This document shows positions 1 to 10,528 of a DNA stretch of 64,000 nt, piece after piece (position 1 is the first letter of the stretch; every line of letters begins with the position of its first letter). This DNA comes from Terriglobia bacterium (GTDB taxonomy: Bacteria; Acidobacteriota; Terriglobia; 20CM-2-55-15), in the NCBI GenBank assembly GCA_965218585.1, contig CBDCLE010000026.1, positions 96,001 to 160,000 of the forward strand. Direction: 5' to 3'. Both the position numbers and the translations under genes were made by a program. The notes under the pieces are model-generated. The model was given only the letters and a program-made list of their open reading frames with translations. It ran no database searches and had not been told where the DNA came from.

Positions 1-1
1 A

Positions 2-94
2 ATATTCACAGCAGATCGATTCCATTTGTACGAAAGCCAACTCAATCCGTCCGGAGCGATCTACAAGAAGCTCGACGATTACCCATTAGCATGA
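2..94 (+). CDS. thpR: 3' end of probable RNA 2',3'-cyclic phosphodiesterase (truncated by window edge)
   Basis: Frame 2 reads IFTADRFHLYESQLNPSGAIYKKLDDYPLA*, matching the ThpR C-terminal L..S.L.P.G..Y pattern; its stop overlaps the gpsA start (ATGA). Confidence 0.65.
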   Translation: MFTADRFHLYESQLNPSGAIYKKLDDYPLA

Positions 95-1092
95 GTGCCT
101 CGATAGCAATTATCGGAGCCGGCGGATGGGGGACGGCCCTATCTGTGACGATGGCCCGGGTCCATGAAAGGGTCCGACTCTGGGTCTATGAACCGGACCT
201 CGTGGAAACCATCGGGAGGGATCGAACCAATCCGATCTATCTGCCCGACATCCATATTCCGGCCCCAGTTCTGCCGAGCGCATCGATCGAGGAGGTTCTC
301 GAAGACGCGGAAGTTGTCATCAGCGCTGTGCCATCCCACGTCTGCAGGAGCGTTTATGAACAGATGCTGCCCTACGCACAGCCGGAAATGCTTTTTGTAA
401 CGGCGACCAAGGGTATAGAAAACGGTTCCTTGATGCGCATGTCGGAGGTCATCGAAAACGTAATCTGTAGTAAGTTTTCTCCAAAAGTCGCCGCCATCTC
501 AGGTCCGACTTTCGCACTCGAAGTCGCACGCGGTGAACCGACCGCATTGGTCGTAGCGAGTCCCGACGAAGAAATGCGGCGGCACCTGCAACAGGAATTG
601 TCGGCACCACATTTTCGGCTGTACACCAATCCGGACATCGTCGGCGTCGAGATCGGCGCTTCAGTCAAGAACATCATCGCAATCGCCGCAGGTGTCGTAT
701 CCGGGCTAGAGCTGGGACACAATGCCACCGCAGCGCTGATCACACGGGGACTGGCCGAAATCGGTCGCCTGGCCGAAGCTTGTGGAGGAGACCCTTCGAC
801 GCTGGCCGGGCTGGCTGGTCTGGGCGACCTGGTCCTGACTTGTACGGGCCACCTCAGTCGTAACCGCCAGGTCGGAGTGGCGCTTGGTGGGGGCCAGAAG
901 CTCGACGAGATCGTTTCGAACATGCGAATGGTTGCCGAAGGCGTAAAGACGAGTGAATCAACGGTGGCTCTCGCCGACAAGCTTTCGGTCGAAATGCCTA
1001 TCGCCCAGCAGATTTATTCAGTCCTCCATGAAGACAAAGATCCTCAGGACGCCATCAACGAGCTGATGGTCCGGGAACTGAAAGAGGAATAG
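91..1092 (+). CDS. gpsA: NAD(P)H-dependent glycerol-3-phosphate dehydrogenase
   Basis: GAGGWGTAL Rossmann motif, TKGIE, KNIIAIAAG, GLAGLGDLVLTC, SRN, AEGV. Confidence 0.97.
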   Translation: MSASIAIIGAGGWGTALSVTMARVHERVRLWVYEPDLVETIGRDRTNPIYLPDIHIPAPVLPSASIEEVLEDAEVVISAVPSHVCRSVYEQMLPYAQPEMLFVTATKGIENGSLMRMSEVIENVICSKFSPKVAAISGPTFALEVARGEPTALVVASPDEEMRRHLQQELSAPHFRLYTNPDIVGVEIGASVKNIIAIAAGVVSGLELGHNATAALITRGLAEIGRLAEACGGDPSTLAGLAGLGDLVLTCTGHLSRNRQVGVALGGGQKLDEIVSNMRMVAEGVKTSESTVALADKLSVEMPIAQQIYSVLHEDKDPQDAINELMVRELKEE

Positions 1093-1093
1093 G

Positions 1094-2053
1094 ATGGAAT
1101 TCATTACCCTCTTTGGAACACCAAAGCCCAAGGACCCGAGCGTCGCCAGAAAGTTTCAGAACGCCGTCTCGCGAACGAAGGAAGAATTCACCCAGCGCCT
1201 CCAGGAAGTGGTCGAAGGGAAAAAGGAAATCGATGCCGAATTGCTGGAGGATCTTGAGGCGATCATGATCGGGGCAGACATCGGCATCGGAACAACAACT
1301 GAAATTCTCAATTCCATCCGGAACCAGGTATCCAGGGAAACGCTTAAAGATCCCTTCGACCTCAGAAACGCTTTGAAGACCGAGATTCGAAAGACGCTCG
1401 AAGTAGAAACGACAGAAGATGTTGAGGTAGCTGAGGGCAACCCATTCGTTATCCTCGTCGTCGGAGTGAACGGAGTGGGTAAGACGACAACCATCGCGAA
1501 ACTGGCGCAACGCTTCGTTGCCGACGGCAAGAAGGTCATGCTCTGTGCAGCGGATACCTTCCGAGCCGCGGCCATAGAGCAACTCGAGGTATGGGCTAAA
1601 CGCGTTGGCGTTCCAATCGTAAAACAGAAACCGGGAGCGGACCCCTCTGCCGTATTATTCGACACGCTCCGATCAGCGAAAGCGCACAAGATCGACTACG
1701 TGATCGTCGACACCGCCGGACGTCTCCACACCAAACACAATCTGATGGCGGAACTGGAAAAAATGACACGCATCGCAGCCCGTGAAGTTCGGGATGCTCC
1801 CCACGAGATCTTGTTGGTCCTGGACGCAACAACCGGCCAGAATGGCCTGATTCAGGCTCGCGAGTTTACGAAGACAGCACACTTGACGGGTCTGGTTCTG
1901 TCAAAGCTGGACGGCACAGCCAAGGGTGGTGTCGTCACCTCTATCGTTAAGGAACTGCAGATCCCGATTCGATTCGTGGGCACAGGTGAGAAGATCGACG
2001 ACCTGGTTGAATTTTCTGCCGACGATTTCGTCGACTCACTATTCGCCGCCTGA
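1094..2053 (+). CDS. ftsY: signal recognition particle receptor FtsY
   Basis: [31 protein letters not shown]. Confidence 0.98.
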   Translation: MEFITLFGTPKPKDPSVARKFQNAVSRTKEEFTQRLQEVVEGKKEIDAELLEDLEAIMIGADIGIGTTTEILNSIRNQVSRETLKDPFDLRNALKTEIRKTLEVETTEDVEVAEGNPFVILVVGVNGVGKTTTIAKLAQRFVADGKKVMLCAADTFRAAAIEQLEVWAKRVGVPIVKQKPGADPSAVLFDTLRSAKAHKIDYVIVDTAGRLHTKHNLMAELEKMTRIAAREVRDAPHEILLVLDATTGQNGLIQAREFTKTAHLTGLVLSKLDGTAKGGVVTSIVKELQIPIRFVGTGEKIDDLVEFSADDFVDSLFAA

Positions 2054-2102
2054 AGGAGTTGGGCTCCTGACCTATGATCTCGATCTCCGAAAATCGTTTT
2101 TT

Positions 2103-2190
2103 AACGCAGAGACGCAGAGACGCAGAGGCAAGAATAGGTAATAAATTATCTATGCCTTCTGCGACCTCCGCGCCTCTGCGCCTCTGCGCT
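2103..2190. repeat. inverted pair of 8-nt tandem repeats (ACGCAGAG units / CTCTGCGC units)
   Basis: aacgcagagacgcagagacgcagag at 2103-2127 and ttctgcgacctccgcgcctctgcgcctctgcg at 2157-2188; related units at 14026, 29542 and 30991. Confidence 0.75.
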
Positions 2191-2192
2191 TG

Positions 2193-3257
2193 ATGACTTT
2201 AAAAGACGAAAACTACATGCGGCGGGCTTTGGAGTTGGCCGAGCGCGGCCGGGGGCTCACCAGCCCTGGAGCTCTAGTCGGCGCCGTCGTTGTAAACGAC
2301 GAGGAGATCGTCGGCGAGGCCTTCTATACATGGGATGGGATCGACCATGCTGAAATTCAAGCAATGGCGTCGGCCGGTGCACGGGCCCGCGGCGCCACCC
2401 TGTACGTCAGTCTCGAACCTTGCTCACACAAGGGAAAGACACCCCCATGTGCTGGAGCCGTTGTAAATGCGGGAATTTCCCGTGTCGTCGTCGCGATGAA
2501 GGACCCTGATCCAAAAGTTAACGGGAGCGGACTGGAGATCCTCGATCAGGCAGGTATCGAAGTCGAGTGTGGCCTGTTCGAATCCAAGGCTCGTGCAATC
2601 AACGAAGCATTTATCCACTCCACTCAAAGCGACCGTCCATTCGGAATCCTCAAGGTCGCGATGTCGCTCGACGGAAAGATTGCGACTGCGAGCGGCGAAT
2701 CTCAATGGATCACTTCTGAAGAATCCCGGCAGCAGGTCCAGAATATACGCCATTCAGCTGACGCGCTGCTGACCGGGAGTGGAACCGTACTCGCGGACGA
2801 TCCCCTCTTGACCGACCGTAGCGGGAAGGAAAGGCGCCGTCCTCTCCTGCGCGCTGTCATTGATCGGCGCAGGCGGATCGGCGCGCACCTCAGAATCTTT
2901 TCCTCTCCCGGAGTCCTGGTGTACACACAAATACCGCACCTGGAGCTATCGGCCTCCCACGAAGTAGTCGCCGGAACGACAGATCTCGTCGAAGTAGCGC
3001 GGGATCTGGCACGGCGTGATGTTCAGACTCTGATGCTGGAATGCGGCCCCGATCTTGCATTCGATGCGCTCAGACGGGGCATCATTGATAAAATAGTTGT
3101 TTTCGTTGCTCCCCGGATTCTGGGTGGGAGGGAGATACCTGCTTTTGGATCCGATGGTGTCGGTGCCCTGTCCGAAGCCGTTGACGTTCAAAACTGGACG
3201 GTCGAAGACGTGGGGCCGGACTTGATGATTACAGGTTATGTTCACAGGAATCATTGA
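2193..3257 (+). CDS. ribD: riboflavin biosynthesis deaminase/reductase RibD
   Basis: HAE and LEPCSHKGKTPPC zinc motifs; SLDGKIA...SQWIT reductase motif. Confidence 0.96.
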   Translation: MTLKDENYMRRALELAERGRGLTSPGALVGAVVVNDEEIVGEAFYTWDGIDHAEIQAMASAGARARGATLYVSLEPCSHKGKTPPCAGAVVNAGISRVVVAMKDPDPKVNGSGLEILDQAGIEVECGLFESKARAINEAFIHSTQSDRPFGILKVAMSLDGKIATASGESQWITSEESRQQVQNIRHSADALLTGSGTVLADDPLLTDRSGKERRRPLLRAVIDRRRRIGAHLRIFSSPGVLVYTQIPHLELSASHEVVAGTTDLVEVARDLARRDVQTLMLECGPDLAFDALRRGIIDKIVVFVAPRILGGREIPAFGSDGVGALSEAVDVQNWTVEDVGPDLMITGYVHRNH

Positions 3258-3852
3258 AGAAGTTGGTGAGATTGTCCGAGTGGAGGACACAGACGACTTT
3301 CGGCGTGTCGCAATCCGGGCGCCGGGCCTGATCTCAGATATAGAGGCGGGGTCAAGCGTTGCTACAGATGGAGTCTGCATCACGGCCGTTGGGGTCGATG
3401 GAGACACGTTCACGGCTGACTTGTCGAGCGAGACTCTCGACCGGACGACCCTAAGACACGCGAGCCCGGGCACGCACGTGAACCTCGAGCGATCCATGCG
3501 AGCGGATGGACGTTTCGGAGGTCATATCGTTCAGGGTCATGTCGACGGTGTGGGCAAGATCCGCCGTTTTGACCGGGCGGGTGACGATTGGATACTTGAG
3601 ATCGAATATGGCGCGAAGGATTCGTCGCGTCTGGTCTGGAAAGGATCGGTAGCGGTGGACGGAATCAGCCTGACAGTGGCCGGGCTAGAAGCAAACACGT
3701 TCTCGATCGCCATCATTCCGTTCACACTGGAAAATACGAACCTACAGAATCGAAAACCTGGAGATGAAGTCAACGTCGAGTTCGATGTCCTGGCAAAATA
3801 CGTCGAAAAGCTTGTCGGTAACTATCTGGAACAGATTGATGGAACTCAATGA
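3238..3852 (+). CDS. ribE: riboflavin synthase
   Basis: MFTGIIEE N-terminus, [16 protein letters not shown]. Confidence 0.97.
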   Translation: MFTGIIEEVGEIVRVEDTDDFRRVAIRAPGLISDIEAGSSVATDGVCITAVGVDGDTFTADLSSETLDRTTLRHASPGTHVNLERSMRADGRFGGHIVQGHVDGVGKIRRFDRAGDDWILEIEYGAKDSSRLVWKGSVAVDGISLTVAGLEANTFSIAIIPFTLENTNLQNRKPGDEVNVEFDVLAKYVEKLVGNYLEQIDGTQ

Positions 3853-3856
3853 GTCG

Positions 3857-5002
3857 ATGACACTTGCAACAGTAGACGAGGCGATCGAGGAACTCCGCCA
3901 GGGTCGGATGATCATCATCGTCGATGACGAAGATCGGGAAAACGAAGGCGACCTCATGGTCGCTGCCGAAAAAGTGACTCCCGAAGTGATCAACTTCATG
4001 GCGACACACGGACGGGGGTTGATCTGTTTGCCGATGACGGGCAACCGCCTCGACAACCTCCATATCCCGTTAATGGTTTCCGATGCCACCAACACCTCCA
4101 CCTACGGAACGGCGTTTTGCGTTTCAGTTGAAGCCAAACGGAATGTGTCAACGGGAATTTCGGCGCCCGACAGGGCTCAGACAATCCTGACGGCAATCGA
4201 CCCCTCGACAGACCCGGGAGATCTGGCGCGTCCCGGCCACATATTCCCTTTGCGAGCCCGGGAAGGGGGCGTTTTGGTCCGGGCCGGCCAAACCGAAGCT
4301 TCCGTGGATCTGGCCCGAATCGCAGGGCTCGATCCGAGCGCGGTTATCTGCGAGATCATGCGCGAGGACGGGACGATGGCCCGGACACCCGATCTCGTGG
4401 AATTTGCCGAGCGGCACGGACTCAGGATCGTTACAGTGGCTGACGTCATCAGGCACCGGCTGCGAACCGAGCGATTCGTCCAGAAGGTGTCCGAAACGGT
4501 CCTGCCCACCGAGCACGGCGACTTTAAGATGATCGCCTTCGAGAGCACGATTGACGGCGAAACCCATGTCGCACTGGTCCGGGGTGACATCGAAAACGGA
4601 GAGGACGTTCTCGTCCGAGTGCACTCTCATTGCCTTACCGGCGATGTTTTGGGATCCACCCAATGCCACTGCCGTAGCCAGATCGAGCGGGCGCTGGGAA
4701 TGATCGCTGCCGAAGGTCGAGGCGTCCTGCTCTACCTTCACCAGACCGGCCGTGGCTTTAACATCGTCGATTCGATCGACGGCAGACAACTCGAATATCA
4801 CGGCAAGCACGACGTCGACGTGAACGAAACGATAGGACTCAGGGGTGAGCAGAGAGAATATGGGATCGGAATTCAGATTCTGGCTGCCCTGAACATTCAT
4901 TCGTTGCGCATTCTGACGAACCACCCGAGGAAGCTTGTGGCCCTGAAAGGCTATGGCCTAAAAGTAGTGGATCAAGTCCCTCTGGGAGATCCAAGTAGTT
5001 GA
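3857..5002 (+). CDS. ribBA: 3,4-dihydroxy-2-butanone-4-phosphate synthase fused to a divergent GTP cyclohydrolase II domain
   Basis: [27 protein letters not shown]; C-terminal [14 protein letters not shown]; ATG at 3857 just after the ribE stop. Confidence 0.9.
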   Translation: MTLATVDEAIEELRQGRMIIIVDDEDRENEGDLMVAAEKVTPEVINFMATHGRGLICLPMTGNRLDNLHIPLMVSDATNTSTYGTAFCVSVEAKRNVSTGISAPDRAQTILTAIDPSTDPGDLARPGHIFPLRAREGGVLVRAGQTEASVDLARIAGLDPSAVICEIMREDGTMARTPDLVEFAERHGLRIVTVADVIRHRLRTERFVQKVSETVLPTEHGDFKMIAFESTIDGETHVALVRGDIENGEDVLVRVHSHCLTGDVLGSTQCHCRSQIERALGMIAAEGRGVLLYLHQTGRGFNIVDSIDGRQLEYHGKHDVDVNETIGLRGEQREYGIGIQILAALNIHSLRILTNHPRKLVALKGYGLKVVDQVPLGDPSS

Positions 5003-5152
5003 AAATATAGGCGGATCGACCCTTCCATCGAACGTCCGCATGAGGTATGGTAGGGATTACGCGACCCCACTGATTCCACGGATTAGACAGGAATGACGTT
5101 CATCGCGTGGATTCGACCCTTATTACGCGATAGGAAGGCATATTAGTCCTCG

Positions 5153-6823
5153 ATGTCGGACCGTGAAATCATAATTGCGAACCTTAGCGAGGCCGAATCC
5201 CGCATTCGCACGAACCGCCTGATCGGGCGGGTCGCCTCTGCTCTCGCTGCTCTCGTCGGCGTTGCCATATTCGTAACAGTCCTCAGTTTCTTCGTGCCTC
5301 TAGGCCGAACGGTCGTGGGATCGTTCTGGATCGTGTGGGTCATCGCACTGGTTGCTTACATTTTCAAGAGTCTGGACAGACGGACGACGCTTTCGGAGAC
5401 GGCCGCCGATGTTGACCGGCAGGCAAGCCTGAAGGATGAAGTCGTCAGCGCTTACTGGTTCCTGAGCCAGAACGTCAGCAACCCATGGGTGGACCTTCAG
5501 GTCCGCCGTGCAGCAACCACCGCACGAAAGCTAGACGTTCGAACCCTCTACCCAAGAATATTTCCGCCGGCATCTTATGTTGCGGCGGTGGGTGTCGTTC
5601 TCCTGGTCGCCCTCAATCTGGCGCCGATCGAACCCGGGGGGAGCGATCTGTTTTCGAGTCCACCCCCGGACGTCACTGATCCGGCCGAAGCCGAAGAACT
5701 CTTCAACCAGATAGAGGAACTGCTCGAACAAGCCCAGGCGCTCAATCCTTCCGAAACGATCGAGGAGTTTCAGGATCTGCTCGAGTCGATCGAGGGCTCT
5801 GACATCCAGCTCGAAGAAGCCGAACAAGAGATGGAGAACATTCAGGGACTTATCGACGAGGGAAACCTGACAGTAGCAAGCATTCTGGAAGGACTGGAGG
5901 AAGTCGGAGAGGATCTGGAGCAATCAGGAGATACTGAGGCGGCGGGTGAAAACCTCATCGAAAGTGACCTCGATGCAGCGGCTTCCGAGCTGGAAGAGCT
6001 CGCCGGAGAACTCGGTACAGGCCGTGAACCTCAATCGGACCTCGCTGATGTCCTTGAGGAAGCAGCGTCTAACAGGAGACCGGGCCTGGAAGAGCTTTCA
6101 AACCAGCTGGAGGCTGCAGCCGAAGGACTGGAGAACCAGGATACGGACGCGGTCGAAGAGGCTTTGATGGGATCTGCCGAATCGCTTGACCGGCTGGCAG
6201 ACATCATTGCAAGCCAGCAATTGCAAAACGAAGCAGCCGCAAGGATGGACGCGCTTCAGGACGCTTTGAGACAAGAACAGGCCGAGGCGACACCTTCCGA
6301 TCTGGGAGACGATTTCACTACACCCGGGGAAGAGGAGACCGAGATGCCCCTTTCAACCGGACAGGGCACACCTCAGCCAGCACAGGGAGACAGCGCCGGC
6401 GGCGAACCGAGTAGTCAGGATCTTTCGGGGGCAGAGTCGGAAGCTGGAGCAGGTGCCCAGGGAGGGGAACAATCCGGCGAGGCACCGCAAGGAAACCCTG
6501 CAAACATCAACGCCGACGCCAGCGGACTGATCCCGATGGGATTCGGCTATTCGCCGGCGATCAAAGAAGGCGCCCCGACAAGCCTGGAAGTTCAACTCCA
6601 GGAAGAAATAGTCGAAGCACAGATGGACGAGATTACCCGCAATGACGCGGAAGAAGACACACAGGAATTAGCGACACGACAGGAGGAATCGACACTCGAC
6701 TACAGGGACGTAGCGTCCGATTTAACCCCCGCACAGCAGGAACTCTTGAACCAGGACCGGATTCCCAGAGAGTACCAGAACCTTATCAAGGAATATTTCG
6801 AGGCCATACGTATCCAGCCATGA
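5153..6823 (+). CDS. membrane protein with long acidic coiled-coil region, first gene of the MoxR operon
   Basis: Three hydrophobic segments, E/Q-rich helical repeats, C-terminal IPREYQNLIKEYF; overlaps the next gene (ATGA). Confidence 0.75.
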   Translation: MSDREIIIANLSEAESRIRTNRLIGRVASALAALVGVAIFVTVLSFFVPLGRTVVGSFWIVWVIALVAYIFKSLDRRTTLSETAADVDRQASLKDEVVSAYWFLSQNVSNPWVDLQVRRAATTARKLDVRTLYPRIFPPASYVAAVGVVLLVALNLAPIEPGGSDLFSSPPPDVTDPAEAEELFNQIEELLEQAQALNPSETIEEFQDLLESIEGSDIQLEEAEQEMENIQGLIDEGNLTVASILEGLEEVGEDLEQSGDTEAAGENLIESDLDAAASELEELAGELGTGREPQSDLADVLEEAASNRRPGLEELSNQLEAAAEGLENQDTDAVEEALMGSAESLDRLADIIASQQLQNEAAARMDALQDALRQEQAEATPSDLGDDFTTPGEEETEMPLSTGQGTPQPAQGDSAGGEPSSQDLSGAESEAGAGAQGGEQSGEAPQGNPANINADASGLIPMGFGYSPAIKEGAPTSLEVQLQEEIVEAQMDEITRNDAEEDTQELATRQEESTLDYRDVASDLTPAQQELLNQDRIPREYQNLIKEYFEAIRIQP

Positions 6824-7809
6824 TTGCAGAACTTGATCAACAGATCGAACTCTTCCAGAAACAATTCAATGCAGTCAAGACAGAGGTCTCGAAGGTCATC
6901 GTCGGCTACGACGAGATCATCGACGGCATCTTGATGGGACTGCTCGCCAAAGGCCACGTCCTCCTGGAAGGCGTCCCCGGGTTGGGAAAAACCAAGCTCG
7001 TACAAACTCTCAGCGGTGCCCTTCAACTTCGTTTCTCCCGGATACAGTTCACACCCGACCTCATGCCGGCCGACATCACCGGCACCAACGTTGTTCAGGA
7101 AGACGACTCGGGCGAAAAGCTCCTTCGATTTCAGCCAGGACCGCTGTTTGGCAACATCATCCTCGCTGATGAAATCAACAGGGCTACGCCGAAGACCCAG
7201 TCAGCTCTGCTGGAAGCGATGCAGGAAAAGACAGTTACGGTAGGCAAGGAAAGCTACCAACTGGAGTTGCCTTTCTTCGTCCTGGCGACCCAGAACCCCC
7301 TCGAAATGGAAGGGACGTACCCTCTTCCGGAAGCTCAATTGGATCGCTTCTTCATGAAATTGAAAGTCGACTATCCAAGCGTTCAGAGCATGCATACGAT
7401 CCTGAACCGGACAACCAAAGTCGAAGAACCGGTACCGGACCAAGTTCTGACGGGTCCGGAAATACTCGAGATGAGCGAAACGGTCCTTGCCATTCCGATT
7501 GCACGTCCGGTACAGGAATACGCTGTTCGACTGGTTCTCTCCACACACCCTGACACGCCCGACGCACACAAGATAACCAACCAGTATGTCCGTTATGGGG
7601 CGAGCCCACGTGGAGCTCAGGCGATGGTATTGGGAGGCAAGATTCGTGCCCTTCTGAATAATCGAGTTCACGTTTCGGCAGAAGACATCCGTGCAATTGC
7701 ACCCTCCATACTCCGGCATCGTGTACTCCTGAACTTCGAGGGCGAAGCCGAACAGGTGGATACGGATTCAATCCTTGAAGCCATTCTGAACGACACACCC
7801 GAACCCTAG
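6820..7809 (+). CDS. MoxR family AAA+ ATPase
   Basis: GVPGLGKT, RIQFTPDLMPAD, DEINRATPKTQSALLEAM, EGTYPLPEAQLDRF. Confidence 0.96.
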   Translation: MIAELDQQIELFQKQFNAVKTEVSKVIVGYDEIIDGILMGLLAKGHVLLEGVPGLGKTKLVQTLSGALQLRFSRIQFTPDLMPADITGTNVVQEDDSGEKLLRFQPGPLFGNIILADEINRATPKTQSALLEAMQEKTVTVGKESYQLELPFFVLATQNPLEMEGTYPLPEAQLDRFFMKLKVDYPSVQSMHTILNRTTKVEEPVPDQVLTGPEILEMSETVLAIPIARPVQEYAVRLVLSTHPDTPDAHKITNQYVRYGASPRGAQAMVLGGKIRALLNNRVHVSAEDIRAIAPSILRHRVLLNFEGEAEQVDTDSILEAILNDTPEP

Positions 7810-7826
7810 AAAAGGCACCGCCGCAA

Positions 7827-8711
7827 ATGCCAACAGCCATCGCTGGATTTGACGAACACTTCATGCGAAAGCTGGAGTACCTGGCGTTGGTCTCGAAACG
7901 CTTCTCGGGCCACTACAAGGCGCAAAGGCGCAGCAAGAAACTCGGTTCTGGACTCGAGTTCGCAGATTATCGCGGCTACGTAGCCGGGGATGACTTCCGG
8001 TATCTGGACTGGAAGACCTATTTGCGACTGGGCAAGCTCCTGCTGCGACTCTACGAAGAGGAGGAGGACCTCCCGGTATATTTGTTCGTCGACTGCAGCC
8101 AGTCGATGAACTATGGGTCCCCTTCGAAGCTGGACTACGCTCGTCACATCGCAGCGGCTCTCTGCTATATCGGCCTGGCAAATCTCGACCGTGTTACCGT
8201 CATCGCATACGCAGACGGTATCCGGGGCGAGTTGCCTCCCCAAAGGGGTAAGGGTCGGATATTCCGGGTCTTCCAGTTTCTGTCCGAAATCGAGCCTGGC
8301 GGCGAAACCAACGCAAAGGAAGCTTTCAAAGTCTTCTGCACGGGAAACCGGCGGCGTGGCCTGGCCGTAGTAATCTCTGATTTCTTCGATCCTAACGGGT
8401 TCGATCGCGGGTTGAATATGCTCCGCTACTACAGGCACGATGCGTTCGTTGTCCAGGTGGCCGCTCACGAGGACGTGGATCCTGCTATCAGTGGCCAACT
8501 GCAGCTGGTCGACTCGGAAAGCCGGGCCAGCAGGGACGTTACCGTGACGCGAGAGCTATTGGACGCATACAAAAGAGAGATGGCCCATTACTCTGATGAA
8601 CTCCAGCATCATTGCATCAAGTACCAGCTGGGTTACGTGCGGACGGTCACCGATTTCCCGTTTGAGGACCTGATACTCCAGGTGTTCCGTCAGGGTAGGT
8701 TCCTGAAATGA
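7827..8711 (+). CDS. DUF58 domain protein
   Basis: GLEFADYRGYVAGDDFRYLDW, DCSQSM, VISDF. Confidence 0.93.
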   Translation: MPTAIAGFDEHFMRKLEYLALVSKRFSGHYKAQRRSKKLGSGLEFADYRGYVAGDDFRYLDWKTYLRLGKLLLRLYEEEEDLPVYLFVDCSQSMNYGSPSKLDYARHIAAALCYIGLANLDRVTVIAYADGIRGELPPQRGKGRIFRVFQFLSEIEPGGETNAKEAFKVFCTGNRRRGLAVVISDFFDPNGFDRGLNMLRYYRHDAFVVQVAAHEDVDPAISGQLQLVDSESRASRDVTVTRELLDAYKREMAHYSDELQHHCIKYQLGYVRTVTDFPFEDLILQVFRQGRFLK

Positions 8712-10489
8712 GTTTTCTCGCCTTGTCTACAGCCCAGGCCCTGCTCCTTGCGGCGTTGACCTCAGGGGTTGTTCTGGTGCTGTTTTTCCTGAAGCTCCGT
8801 CATCGCAGAGTCGTCGTTGGATCGTCGCTGCTCTGGCAGCGAATCCTCGACCACCGGGATTCCGTGTCGATTTGGGAGAAATTGCGGCGTTGGATTTCCC
8901 TGGCCATTACGTTGACGATCGCGCTGCTGATCGCACTCGCTCTCGCACGGCCTTATTTAGTCGGCGCGCTTGAAGGACCGATTGGGCCGGTGATTATTGT
9001 GCTGGACACCTCACCTTCGATGGAAACCCGGACGGCGTCAGGTCAGACCCGTTGGGAATCTGCCCTCGATGAGGCCGAAAGGATTCTCAATCGCAGCAAC
9101 ACCGCGGAAGGCTTCATGGTCGCCGATACGGCCGGCCGGGTCCTGACGCCGTTAACCGAAGACCGTGTGCAGATATCGCGCGCTATCGAACGTATGCGGC
9201 CCTTCGGAGGAGTCGGAACGTTTCCTGCCGTTCCCAATGGAGGAGCCGGAGCCTACTTCATAACGGACGGTGTCGATCCGATCGAGGTCCCGGAGTCAGT
9301 CACTACGGTCTCAGTGTTTGAGACCGCAGACAACGTGGGAATTACCGCGTTTGACCTCCGGGTGGATCCGACGAGCCGGTCCGGCTATACCGCGTATCTG
9401 GAGGTCGTGAACTACTCGGAGGAAACCAAGGACGCTCGGATACAACTGAGCGGCGTGGGAAGCCAGCGGCTTACGCAGGATCTGACCCTGACCCCCCGAG
9501 AGCCTTGGAGCATTTCGTTGGATCTGGCCGACTTCCAGGGGGGAGGTATACGCGTCAGCGTCCAAGCGCCTGGCGATGCACTCGCACTGGACGATGTCGC
9601 GTTCAGTTATCTGCCTACGGCTACCAATAATCAGGTAACGCTGGTGACCGACACCATCGACGGATACCTGGAAACACTGCTGGAGCTATCTCCACGGGTG
9701 GAGTTGAGTGTTGTTCGCCCCACAGATTTCGAAAACGATCCGAGCGCCGACGCATACGTGTTCGAAGGTTTTGTACCTGACAACGCGCCAACCCGGCCAA
9801 GTCTGGTGTTCGGCATGGAAGAGGTTGATTGGCTTCCGAAATCGGTTGGAACTGAAGAAGAACCAACCATAACCTCGTGGATTGAAGACCACCCGGTCAT
9901 GCAGTCGGTCCCGGTTTACGATCTGAAGATCGATCAGGTTCCCGTGCTGGATTTGGAGACGGACTCCTCGGACAGAACCGTCGTGGCGGCGTCTGGAGAG
10001 ACCCCGCTGATTCTTGCCCGGGCCGGACCGGCCCGGTCCCGAAACGTGCTCGTAGCGTTTGATCTTGACGAGTCCGATTTTGCGTTTCACCTCGGTTTTC
10101 CTATCTTCGTTGAAAACGTTATGGCCTGGTTTTCAGGAGAGGGGCCGGCAGAAAGACACAGTCTCGGCGAAATCGAGCTGCCACCTGAAACGATAGTCGT
10201 TACACGTTTAGATGGAACAGAGGCGCCCACCGAGAATCGCTTTGGACGACAGGTCATCGAGGTCACGGAACCCGATCTCTATACCGCGGTTGCTGACGGC
10301 CGCCGTATTCGCGTGGCTGCCAACCTTGCAGATCCAAGATTCTCGAATGTCAATCAGACGTCAACAACCTCAGATTCAGGACTGGTGGCAGCGTTCGCAG
10401 GTAATGAACTCTGGTCTTTCATGCTGTTCATCGCCCTGCTGCTTGTCGGTCTCGAGTGGTGGACATATAACCGAAGAATCACTCTATGA
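8708..10489 (+). CDS. BatA-like N-terminal domain / VWA membrane protein
   Basis: N-terminal double TM with ALARP, MIDAS DTSPSM, C-terminal TM ending LEWW. Confidence 0.85.
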   Translation: MSFLALSTAQALLLAALTSGVVLVLFFLKLRHRRVVVGSSLLWQRILDHRDSVSIWEKLRRWISLAITLTIALLIALALARPYLVGALEGPIGPVIIVLDTSPSMETRTASGQTRWESALDEAERILNRSNTAEGFMVADTAGRVLTPLTEDRVQISRAIERMRPFGGVGTFPAVPNGGAGAYFITDGVDPIEVPESVTTVSVFETADNVGITAFDLRVDPTSRSGYTAYLEVVNYSEETKDARIQLSGVGSQRLTQDLTLTPREPWSISLDLADFQGGGIRVSVQAPGDALALDDVAFSYLPTATNNQVTLVTDTIDGYLETLLELSPRVELSVVRPTDFENDPSADAYVFEGFVPDNAPTRPSLVFGMEEVDWLPKSVGTEEEPTITSWIEDHPVMQSVPVYDLKIDQVPVLDLETDSSDRTVVAASGETPLILARAGPARSRNVLVAFDLDESDFAFHLGFPIFVENVMAWFSGEGPAERHSLGEIELPPETIVVTRLDGTEAPTENRFGRQVIEVTEPDLYTAVADGRRIRVAANLADPRFSNVNQTSTTSDSGLVAAFAGNELWSFMLFIALLLVGLEWWTYNRRITL

Positions 10490-10528
10490 CGCATTTCGAG
10501 AGCAATCTGAGAAGATAAGAGAACTTTA

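Noticed and set aside
2054-2192. FMN riboswitch upstream of ribD
   Set aside because: No RFN consensus; the gap is occupied by the ACGCAGAG repeat pair
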